Below are positions 37,013 through 44,743 of a DNA stretch of 64,000 bases, piece by piece. A program made the position numbers and the translations under genes. Numbering within the stretch: the first letter of the stretch is position 1; each line of letters opens with the position of its first letter. This DNA comes from Lysinibacter sp. Lineage in GTDB: Bacteria > Actinomycetota > Actinomycetes > Actinomycetales > Microbacteriaceae. A model generated the notes under the pieces. The model did not search any database and was not told the origin of the DNA. It saw nothing but the letters and a program-made list of their open reading frames with translations. The DNA lies in the NCBI GenBank assembly GCA_040400085.1, contig JBBAQX010000018.1, positions 162 through 64,161 of the forward strand. The letters are read 5' to 3'.

Positions 37013-37158
37013 CAAAAAGATTTGCCTCCCGTTACGACGGTGATGGAAGAAGGCCTTAGAACCCCAGCCGGACGACTGGATCTAGGGTCTTTCGCTTTGC
37101 GTGCTGCCGTGCTGCTGTGCGTCTGGCTCTAGTGCTACCCGTGCGAACCCGTCTGGCA

Positions 37159-37219
37159 ATCAGTTGGTCAAAGTCCGTGGGGTTTGGACCGAAAATCGCA
37201 CGAACTTTGACCAACTGAT
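37159..37219. repeat. perfect 16-bp inverted repeat ATCAGTTGGTCAAAGT-N29-ACTTTGACCAACTGAT
   Basis: Read directly from the sequence. It lies in a ~460-nt ORF-poor stretch downstream of the tRNA pair and is followed immediately by a 12-nt palindrome AGAAGTACTTCT (37220-37231). Confidence 0.8.
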
Positions 37220-37477
37220 AGAAGTACTTCTGGAGCGAACATCACGAACCGAGGTGATGGGGTTCCGTGACATGAAAGTTCGACCAAGAACTCTGAATGA
37301 GGCAAGACAGAGGCTCAATAATGAGTAGCAGCCTTGGCCAAGTCTACAAAGACCAGCTGTTAACGCGCATCCACAATCGAAAGAACGGTTGATCTCACAC
37401 AGGTTCCTGTGCCAGTCTGGTTGAAGAACAACCCAAGTTGCATGCTCGCCACAGGCGAAAGCGGTCAGGAGCCCGAG

Positions 37478-37813
37478 ATGTCAGAGCTTGAAGAATTCAT
37501 TGCACAGCTTGAGAGCCCACAGCGTGACATCGCCGAGCGGCTTCGCGGTCTTATCGACGCTGCAATGCTCCGGGCGACGGGCCACGTCTGGCACGGGCAT
37601 CCCGTCTGGCTCGAGCAAAAGACGCCAGTCGCCGGATTTAAGCCCTACCCCAAATATGTCACGTTTATGATCTGGAACGCTGCTCCTATCGACGATAAGT
37701 CGGGCGTACTTGTTGCTGGGCCACGGATGTGGACCGTGAAATATGCCGCTGTCGATGAGATAGAGGATGCCGTTGTCACGGATTGGCTCACGCAGGCACA
37801 AGCGGCCAGCTAG
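37478..37813 (+). CDS. DUF1801 (YdhG-like) domain protein
   Basis: About 111 aa from ATG 37478: MSELEEFIAQLESPQRDIAERLRGLID...YVTFMIWNA..., the DUF1801 pattern. Confidence 0.6.
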   Translation: MSELEEFIAQLESPQRDIAERLRGLIDAAMLRATGHVWHGHPVWLEQKTPVAGFKPYPKYVTFMIWNAAPIDDKSGVLVAGPRMWTVKYAAVDEIEDAVVTDWLTQAQAAS

Positions 37814-38005
37814 ATCCGACCCGCTGGTACCACTGCATCCCGTTCGCGATTATCTATACCCTGGTTGATTGCTGGTAATAATCTCGGACTCGTTCGAAGC
37901 GACTAGCGTTTCAGCTTTTTCTGCGTTATGGTACTTGACGTACAAAGTAGTGTGATTGGATACCGGTTTGATATGGCATGGGGATGCCATATCTCTCTGT
38001 GAGCG

Positions 38006-38053
38006 TTATCACAAACCGGTGTTATCGCAACCCGGTGCTATTACAAACCGCTG
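38006..38053 (+). repeat. three tandem 16-nt direct repeats upstream of the sigma-factor gene
   Basis: TTATCACAAACCGGTG / TTATCGCAACCCGGTG / CTATTACAAACCGCTG, ending 20 nt before GTG 38073. An inverted, related copy (GGATACCGGTTTGATA) lies at about 37958-37973, and a 9-bp palindrome ATATGGCAT-gggg-ATGCCATAT lies at 37971-37992. Confidence 0.8.
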
Positions 38054-38072
38054 AGCTTAGGGGCGTAAAACA

Positions 38073-39449
38073 GTGCAGCAAATCGATGAAAAAGTAACGT
38101 CTGAATCAGACGTTGCGGAGTTTTATGTTAGTTCTCGTGCCTTGCTTATCGCCCATGCCCGGCGTTACGTGAGTGATCTCGGATACTGCGAAGACATAGT
38201 CGCCGAGTCTTATCTTTCAATCGTTGAGAGAGTGCGAAAAGGCAAAGGCCCTGCCCTCGACAAATTAGAAGCCTACGCAAAAGTATGCGTTCGGAATGAG
38301 GCTTTTCGTCAGGGCAAAGCCGCCTCACATGAGCTTCCCACGGAATTCGTAGATACGTTGGCAGACAGCCTTCTTGAAACTGTCGAGGACTCAGAACTAT
38401 CTGAGACCTGGGATGAGGCTGCTGCGGCCCGTGCCTTCCACAAGCTGAGCGAGCGCTCGCAGAAAGTGCTGTGGTCGTCACTGGTCGAGGACAAGCGGTT
38501 GGCCGAGATTGCCGGACACCTCGGAATAAACGAGCGAGCAGTCGCGAGCGCCGCCTTCAGGGCGAGAGAAAATCTCCGCCTTCACTATCTTGTCGAGGCA
38601 TCCAACGCTTCTCACAAATGCGGCGAGATGAGGGTCGATTTTCTGGCCAATTATGTCCAGGGGCAGAGTAGTCAGCGTCGAGAGAAGAAGATTGAAGACC
38701 ATCTCGGACGTTGCCTAGCCTGTAGGGAGACTGTTGGGGGCATGAGATCCCTCGGATTGCCAACGTTCGTTATTCTGGGAATCGCCGTTACTGCAGCTGG
38801 AACCCCCGCGCTTTTCGGAGGAGGATCCTCAGCCCAAGCCGCAACCTTTATGACAACGTCGGCAAAATCATCCTGGGTGATCGCATCGCAGTTGGGCGGC
38901 GGATGGCTCAAAATTATCGCCATAACCGGGGTTGGGTTACTCGCTGCCGTATCGATTTGGGCAGTTGCATTTTGGGGTGTGAGCAACGGCGATTCCAGTC
39001 AACGGACTCCCGGAGATACGAATGCGCCGCTCGAAAACCCGGTGAACGGTGAAGAGCAACAGCCTAAAGAGCAGCCCCTCGCCCAAGATCAAGCCGAACA
39101 AAACGTCCCAGAGCTCTCAGGCCCGCTGCCTGCCGGTGTGCGAAAAGTTTCATGGGCACCAGCACCATCGAGCTATGTTGCGGGCGGAACCGACGCGCGC
39201 ATCCTGTTATCTGTTGATTTTGACCAGGAAACTAAGGCTGACGATTACACACTCGTGGTCGTACCGCCTGCCGGGGTCACGCTCACAAAGGCGTCAGCCG
39301 GTTGCACTATCAGCAACGGTCAGGCGCGCTGCATCCCACAGAAAAACCTCCTGGGTGCCACCCAATACAACTGGCAGTTCTTCGCGGATCTCACGCCAGA
39401 TTCGACGGCCAAACTTCCTGTCGCGCAGCTGACAAAAGATTTTTCCTAG
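38073..39449 (+). CDS. ECF-like sigma-70 factor fused to an anti-sigma zf-HC2 motif, TM segments and an extracytoplasmic domain
   Basis: 458 aa. It has a region-2-like stretch (CEDIVAESYLSIVERV...AKVCVRNEAFRQ) and a region-4 HTH (LSERSQKVLWSSLVEDKRLAEIAGHLGINERAVASAAFRARENLR). These are followed by CGEMRVDFLANYVQGQ...IEDHLGRCLACRE (H-x3-C-x2-C), two hydrophobic helices and a P/Q-rich linker. Confidence 0.7.
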   Translation: MQQIDEKVTSESDVAEFYVSSRALLIAHARRYVSDLGYCEDIVAESYLSIVERVRKGKGPALDKLEAYAKVCVRNEAFRQGKAASHELPTEFVDTLADSLLETVEDSELSETWDEAAAARAFHKLSERSQKVLWSSLVEDKRLAEIAGHLGINERAVASAAFRARENLRLHYLVEASNASHKCGEMRVDFLANYVQGQSSQRREKKIEDHLGRCLACRETVGGMRSLGLPTFVILGIAVTAAGTPALFGGGSSAQAATFMTTSAKSSWVIASQLGGGWLKIIAITGVGLLAAVSIWAVAFWGVSNGDSSQRTPGDTNAPLENPVNGEEQQPKEQPLAQDQAEQNVPELSGPLPAGVRKVSWAPAPSSYVAGGTDARILLSVDFDQETKADDYTLVVVPPAGVTLTKASAGCTISNGQARCIPQKNLLGATQYNWQFFADLTPDSTAKLPVAQLTKDFS

Positions 39450-39553
39450 GTCTCTGCGAAAAAACGTAACCAAAATGTGTATCTGCACTCTGACTTGTTG
39501 AGGGTGTTTTTGTTTCACCTCATTGGTAGGGCACTGAGGTGTGAAGGGGAATC

Positions 39554-42500
39554 GTGAAGAATAATTCTGTAAGAAGCCAAGGGCATTTGAGCATTCGGGG
39601 GGCTTTTATCGCTTTCTGCGCTGTTCTTGCGGTGATAGTTGGCGTTATCGTGCCGGCTTCCGTTGTCAGCGCCGCCGAGGTGGAGGTCATCGACGTATCG
39701 TCAATTACATTCACAAACACGATCCAGCCAGGGAACCGGTTGGAGGTAGGACAGACCTCCCGAGTCAGTTTTGATTGGAGCCTCATTGGCACGGGAGCAA
39801 CTGCCGGAGATACCTTCAGCCTTGTGCTTACTCGAAACTTTCAAGCGGTCTCTGGCACAATAGATCTTCGTGTGGCAGGCGGAGCTGACTCCGCTGGAAC
39901 GTGTACCCTGAGCCCGATGACGCCCACCGTTGGGCCCAAAGTAGTGTGCGTACTAAGCGACTACGTGGATTCACACGACGACGTCACCGGTTCGCTGTGG
40001 ATCGAAGTTCAAACGGTGACCTCTACGACAGAGACAAGCCTGAGCCTCACCGTTGACGGAAATGTCGTCCTTGTCCCAATCCCGCCGGGAGGGATCGGTG
40101 CTCAAGGGTATGGACCGGTGCCGACAAACGCAAGCAAGCGTGGTTACTGGAGCAACCCCGAGCGCACTGCTATTACGTGGTATGTCGATGTCCCAGGGTC
40201 CTTCGTCGGCACGACTAACCCCCTGGAAATTGTAGATACATATTCAGCTGGCTTGACCCTTATTGCCAGCGGTGCGCAAGCCCCCAGCTTCACCAGTATC
40301 GAGATGACTCAGGCAGCCTGGGACCTACAAAGCTGGAGCCCGGTCAATCCCGCACAGTGGGAACTGACTCCTGATGTGTCGCAATCGTTCCACGTGAGTT
40401 TGCAGCAGCCGATTGATCAGACACGGCTGTATCGCTTCAAATACCAAACCTCGCTTGATTATCCCGAGAATTCCATCCCCGGCGATGTATTCAGCAACGT
40501 TGCGGTCGTAAACGGCACTACCTACCGCACCTCTCTCACCTACACAACCACTGGTGGAGGAAGCGCTATTGGTAGCGGCAGGGGCGGCTTTATCGTCGCA
40601 AAAGAAGCGCTCGCCGGTGACGGTGTGTCACTCGTGCCTGCCGGTACCGAATATTCAGTCAAGGCAACAATCACTGAGCCTTTCAAAGCCCCCCGAGAAG
40701 TCGAACTGCAGCTGACCGCTGGCGGTGCGCCGAAAGGCGTAGCGAACCTGCCAGAGGGAACGACTGTAACGCTGAGCGAGATAAACCTTCCCTCGGTTAC
40801 CAACGTGAGCTGGGGCACTCCCCGGTTCTCGGCGAATAGCAACCCCAATGTTACAGTTTCCCCCGACGGTTCAACCGTTGAACTGGCCATTGTTGCTGAC
40901 GGTACCTACAGGTTCTCGCTCGTCAATACGGCCGAAGACATCACGCCGCCGCCCCTCTTCTCGGTGGGGGACTACACCTGGGTAGACCTCAATGCCGATG
41001 GATTGCAGGATGCCACTGAACAGGTGCTCCCCGGCGTCACCGTCAGTCTGTCCGACCAGATCGGAGACCCCGTCCGTGACAGCGTCGGGGATGAGGTTCT
41101 GCCCGTTGTGTCCGACGGTCAAGGCGAATATCATTTCGACGGCCTTCCTGCGGGTAAATACCGGGTCCATTTCGAGGCCCCTTCCGGCTATGAACTGACC
41201 AGCGAAACGGTCGGAGCCGATGAATCGTTAGACTCTAACGCTGATCCGGCAACCGGCTGGACCCGGATTATCGACCTTGGAGTCGCGTTAGGCAACACCG
41301 CACCGTCGATTCCGGCTGACGGTGTCAGCGCGCAGTACATCGATAGAACAATTGATGCTGGGTTCATAGAGATCCCCACTCCGGTGGTGCCCTATTTCGC
41401 GGTTGGCGACTACGCCTGGTTTGACCAGAACGCCGACGGGCTACAAACAAGTGGTGAAGCACCGATGACGGGAGTACTGGTGTGGCTCGTGGATAGTGAC
41501 GAGCATCCGGTTAGCGATATCGACGGGCACCCGGTCGCCCCCGTGACCACCGATTCCGACGGAAAATACCACTTTGACCGGTTGCCCGCTGGAGAATACC
41601 GGGTGAAGTTTGACGCTCCATCGGGAATGGAATTCACGTCTCCGGAGGAGGGAAGCGATCCAACTCTGGATTCGCGCGCCCGTGATAGGGGAGTGACGCG
41701 GGTCTTTGAGCTCGGTATCGGGCTGGACAATACCACCGCTACTATTCCCGGTGATGATGTCACGGCATCATATATTGACCGCACTCAAGACGCCGGTTTT
41801 GTTGAGACCGTACCTGTCGTGAACGACGGTTCCGTGAGCATCGTGAAAGACGATGGTCGCACGATCGTGAAGCCGGGAGAGACGCTCAATTACTCTCTTG
41901 TTGTCTCGAATGCGACTCCCTATGCTGCCCCAAATGTTGTTGTCCGTGATGTGATGCCCTCAACCGTCGATCTGGTGTCGAGCTCGATCCCTGGCACTAT
42001 TGCTGTCGATAACCCGCTGGCGCTGGAATGGGATTTGGGCGATCTGCCGGCTGGAGAAACCCGAACTATCGTGGTGACGGTTCGTGTTCATAGCGACCTC
42101 CCCGCCGAGGCGATGATTGTTAATACCGCAACGGCAACCAGCTCGGGAATCTGCGCAGATGATCCGCTCACCCCGGTCAAGGACTGCGAATCAACAGACG
42201 TCGACAGGACACCCACGAGTATCTGGGTATTGAAGGATGACCACGCACATGCCGTCCGCCTCGGGGATAGCCTGACCTACGACATCACGGTGGGCAATTC
42301 CTCCGCGGTGACCAAGGACGCTATCGAGGCAGTCGATTCTCTGCCTTCGAGCGTGAAATTCGTCTCCGCGACGGATGGCGGGAAATACGACCCCGCCACG
42401 CGTTCCGTGAGCTGGACAGTGCTCGATCTCGGGCCTGGGCAATCGCGCGTAGTCCACGTGACAGTTCAGGTTAAGGGCGATATTGAGGGTTCCGTGATCA

Positions 42501-42718
42501 ATACGGTGATATTGCCCTCGGAGCCCGAAGATGGTTGCAAGGATGCTGAGGCCTGCTTGTCGGCGGACCAGACCCTGGTTTCCGGTTCCCTGGCACGCAC
42601 CGGCGGATCGTCTTTTACCGGCCCGCTGTTGCTCGCGGTCTTCGGTGTCTTTCTTGGTGCGGGGCTGCTCGTTCTGAGGCGACGAAAGGGTGATAAGTCT
42701 CTCCTCGTGGCGCGCTAG
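39554..42718 (+). CDS. LAxTG cell-wall-anchored surface protein with SdrD-B-like and DUF11-like repeat domains
   Basis: 1054 aa with a signal peptide. It has two SdrD-B/Cna-B-like units (GDYTWVDLNADGLQD...GEYHFDGLPAGKYRV and GDYAWFDQNADGLQT...GKYHFDRLPAGEYRV). It also has two DUF11-like units (...WDLGDLPAGETRTIVVTVRV and ...WTVLDLGPGQSRVVHVTVQV). The C-terminus carries LARTG, a hydrophobic helix and RRRKGDK. Confidence 0.85.
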   Translation: MKNNSVRSQGHLSIRGAFIAFCAVLAVIVGVIVPASVVSAAEVEVIDVSSITFTNTIQPGNRLEVGQTSRVSFDWSLIGTGATAGDTFSLVLTRNFQAVSGTIDLRVAGGADSAGTCTLSPMTPTVGPKVVCVLSDYVDSHDDVTGSLWIEVQTVTSTTETSLSLTVDGNVVLVPIPPGGIGAQGYGPVPTNASKRGYWSNPERTAITWYVDVPGSFVGTTNPLEIVDTYSAGLTLIASGAQAPSFTSIEMTQAAWDLQSWSPVNPAQWELTPDVSQSFHVSLQQPIDQTRLYRFKYQTSLDYPENSIPGDVFSNVAVVNGTTYRTSLTYTTTGGGSAIGSGRGGFIVAKEALAGDGVSLVPAGTEYSVKATITEPFKAPREVELQLTAGGAPKGVANLPEGTTVTLSEINLPSVTNVSWGTPRFSANSNPNVTVSPDGSTVELAIVADGTYRFSLVNTAEDITPPPLFSVGDYTWVDLNADGLQDATEQVLPGVTVSLSDQIGDPVRDSVGDEVLPVVSDGQGEYHFDGLPAGKYRVHFEAPSGYELTSETVGADESLDSNADPATGWTRIIDLGVALGNTAPSIPADGVSAQYIDRTIDAGFIEIPTPVVPYFAVGDYAWFDQNADGLQTSGEAPMTGVLVWLVDSDEHPVSDIDGHPVAPVTTDSDGKYHFDRLPAGEYRVKFDAPSGMEFTSPEEGSDPTLDSRARDRGVTRVFELGIGLDNTTATIPGDDVTASYIDRTQDAGFVETVPVVNDGSVSIVKDDGRTIVKPGETLNYSLVVSNATPYAAPNVVVRDVMPSTVDLVSSSIPGTIAVDNPLALEWDLGDLPAGETRTIVVTVRVHSDLPAEAMIVNTATATSSGICADDPLTPVKDCESTDVDRTPTSIWVLKDDHAHAVRLGDSLTYDITVGNSSAVTKDAIEAVDSLPSSVKFVSATDGGKYDPATRSVSWTVLDLGPGQSRVVHVTVQVKGDIEGSVINTVILPSEPEDGCKDAEACLSADQTLVSGSLARTGGSSFTGPLLLAVFGVFLGAGLLVLRRRKGDKSLLVAR

Positions 42719-42727
42719 GGGTCAGCG

Positions 42728-43747
42728 CTAGCTCCTCCGAACGTATGTCTGGAGGAGCGATGCGCCGGTGTCCGCATCATCGACCGTAACGACAAACGTT
42801 CGTTTGCCGTCATTCCGCGTTACCTGGATGCCTGCGCTGTCCCGCGTGATGATGCCCCAACGATTGCGGCCGAATCGTATGCCGTACCCACCGAATTCGC
42901 CTAGCGCTGATACCTCGGTCACCGCAACAGTTTCGATAGCGGATGCCGGTATCCGTATCATGGGCCAGCCGAGCGCGCCTCGCGCGGCTAGTCCTCTGCG
43001 AGAAACCGTGACTCTCCAGGAAAGCGTGGTCGTGACTAAGGCTGCCGCGATTGCGAGCACTCCGACAGCAATCCAGATCGCCGCATTTGGGGTCAGGATC
43101 GCGGTCGTGACTACTGCGCCCAGTGCGAGAACCATGGAGATAGATACTACCCACCGAATAAGTGGGGATCCGCTGATGTGTTGTGTCCAGACGGCGCGCT
43201 CGTTGGGGGCTAACCGCATCGGTTGGACATCCTCCGCGTCGCTATCCCCGGCCTCTATCTTGGGCGTGATCGCAGCGGCAATTGCGCCTAGCGCTATGGC
43301 GAAACCAAGCGAGAGGAGAAAGCTTGTCCCGAGCGGGTGACTCTGTACCTCGGTTTCGTCCAGTCCGACTTGGCCGAGCGTGCTCGAAGTGACGAGAGCG
43401 CTGACCAAACCTGTCGCTCCGACGCCAATTCCGATGAGGAACCTGAGGGGTGCGCCTCCCCGTCCGCTGGAGATTGCCTTCCGTGCACTCCCATAGATGA
43501 GAGCGGTGAGGAATGCTCCTATTGCTGCGGTAACTGCGATATTGGTCCATGCCGCTGCGAATCGTTGTGGCGTGCCATCGAAGCTCCACTGCACCGCGAT
43601 GGTTTCGGGTAGCTGGGGGAGTGCGACTACGAGCGCGATAAGCGCGGCTAGCAGTGTGAGGGCAGGCAAGAGTAGCGCGGCCACCAAAAGACGCGTGCGT
43701 TGTGCGCGGTTAAGTTGGCTTTGCTTCGGTGCGTTGTTTGAGGTCAT
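42728..43747 (-). CDS. integral membrane protein with a C-terminal bacterial-PH-like domain
   Basis: 339 aa, about 8 TM helices and a soluble C-terminal ~90 aa. Its start overlaps the stop of the GntR gene by 4 nt, indicating an operon. Confidence 0.6.
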   Translation of the reverse strand: MTSNNAPKQSQLNRAQRTRLLVAALLLPALTLLAALIALVVALPQLPETIAVQWSFDGTPQRFAAAWTNIAVTAAIGAFLTALIYGSARKAISSGRGGAPLRFLIGIGVGATGLVSALVTSSTLGQVGLDETEVQSHPLGTSFLLSLGFAIALGAIAAAITPKIEAGDSDAEDVQPMRLAPNERAVWTQHISGSPLIRWVVSISMVLALGAVVTTAILTPNAAIWIAVGVLAIAAALVTTTLSWRVTVSRRGLAARGALGWPMIRIPASAIETVAVTEVSALGEFGGYGIRFGRNRWGIITRDSAGIQVTRNDGKRTFVVTVDDADTGASLLQTYVRRS

Positions 43748-44097
43748 TTCTGGTACTCCTGATTGATCATCGTAAAGAGCACGGCAGGCTCGATATTTCG
43801 TTGTTTAGCCTCGGCTACGAGGGCGGGGATGAGAGCGTGGAGGCTATCAAGATTTTCGGCGCGCCCTGTAACGATTGCACCGCGGCCTCGATGGAGCTCG
43901 ATCATCCCCTCATCTCGAAGGTCATGGAGCGCCCTGAGTACCGTGTGGATGTTAATGTCGAGTGTGCTTGCCAGCTCTTTCGCTGATGGAAGGCGCTCTC
44001 CTGCCTTGAGGTCTCCGCTCAAGATGTGACTACGGATGCTCGTGGCAATCTGTGTGAAAAGCGACTCCTGCGCCATTGAATCAATTTTTATCAGCAT
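43744..44097 (-). CDS. GntR-family transcriptional regulator (short, YhcF-like)
   Basis: 117 aa. Reads LFTQIATSIRSHILSGDLKAGERLPSAKELASTLDINIHTVLRALHDLRDEGMIELHRGRGAIV, the GntR winged HTH. Confidence 0.85.
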   Translation of the reverse strand: MLIKIDSMAQESLFTQIATSIRSHILSGDLKAGERLPSAKELASTLDINIHTVLRALHDLRDEGMIELHRGRGAIVTGRAENLDSLHALIPALVAEAKQRNIEPAVLFTMINQEYQK

Positions 44098-44120
44098 GAG
44101 ACCCTCCCTTCAATAAATTC

Positions 44121-44147
44121 ACTATATAGTTATAGTACATATATAAC
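44121..44147. promoter_or_regulatory. AT-rich palindromic region, candidate GntR operator/promoter
   Basis: ACTATATAGT (a perfect 10-nt palindrome) followed by GTTATA-N7-TATAAC, 24-50 nt upstream of the GntR start codon. The function is inferred from position. Confidence 0.35.
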
Positions 44148-44298
44148 AAGTTGGGTGTTGTTGCTGTTTTCCCGTCAAGGTAAAACCGCATGCCGCTGAA
44201 TGTTTGATTAGAGAACGATCCGCTCCGTCCAACAGGCGCTCGCAATCTGTAATATTGATCGTGCACATTCGCGAAAACCTGTCGTAGCGGAGGAAAAA

Positions 44299-44709
44299 AT
44301 GTTTAATCGAAAAACTGCCGCATCTGTTGCCCTTATTGGGGCGCTTATGTTGACTCCGATGATCAGCGCGTGCACCGGCAATAATACGTCGGCGGAACAA
44401 AGGCAGACGGTTGATCTCCCGAAAGAATTCCCCGAAGACTTTCCCCTCGTCGAGGGTAAGATCGTCGCCGCAGATAAGTTAGGTGATAAGGGATGGGCGG
44501 CCACCGTCGTGGTTAAAGACGCAGCCGCTCAAGACTCAGCGCTCGCAGATCTCAAGGACAAAGGCTTCACTGAGCACGGTTCAAATGAGAGCGACCCCCA
44601 GAAACGCACCTACTCGCTGGGAAACGGAACACTTTCCGTCACGGTCGTTCTTACCCAGGCTGACAACGAGTTTCTTGTCGATTACTCATTCGCGCCGGTT
44701 GCCCGCTAA
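44299..44709 (+). CDS. small secreted lipoprotein, unknown function
   Basis: 136 aa with a signal peptide and lipobox ISAC (LMLTPMISACTGNN). Confidence 0.6.
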   Translation: MFNRKTAASVALIGALMLTPMISACTGNNTSAEQRQTVDLPKEFPEDFPLVEGKIVAADKLGDKGWAATVVVKDAAAQDSALADLKDKGFTEHGSNESDPQKRTYSLGNGTLSVTVVLTQADNEFLVDYSFAPVAR

Positions 44710-44743
44710 AGAGTCGTTTCCCGGCCGGAGATCTACTGGCACT

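Noticed and set aside
37101-37328. 75-aa plus-strand ORF downstream of the tRNAs
   Set aside because: It has no SD, contains the 16-bp inverted repeat, and has an arbitrary composition. The region is treated as non-coding.
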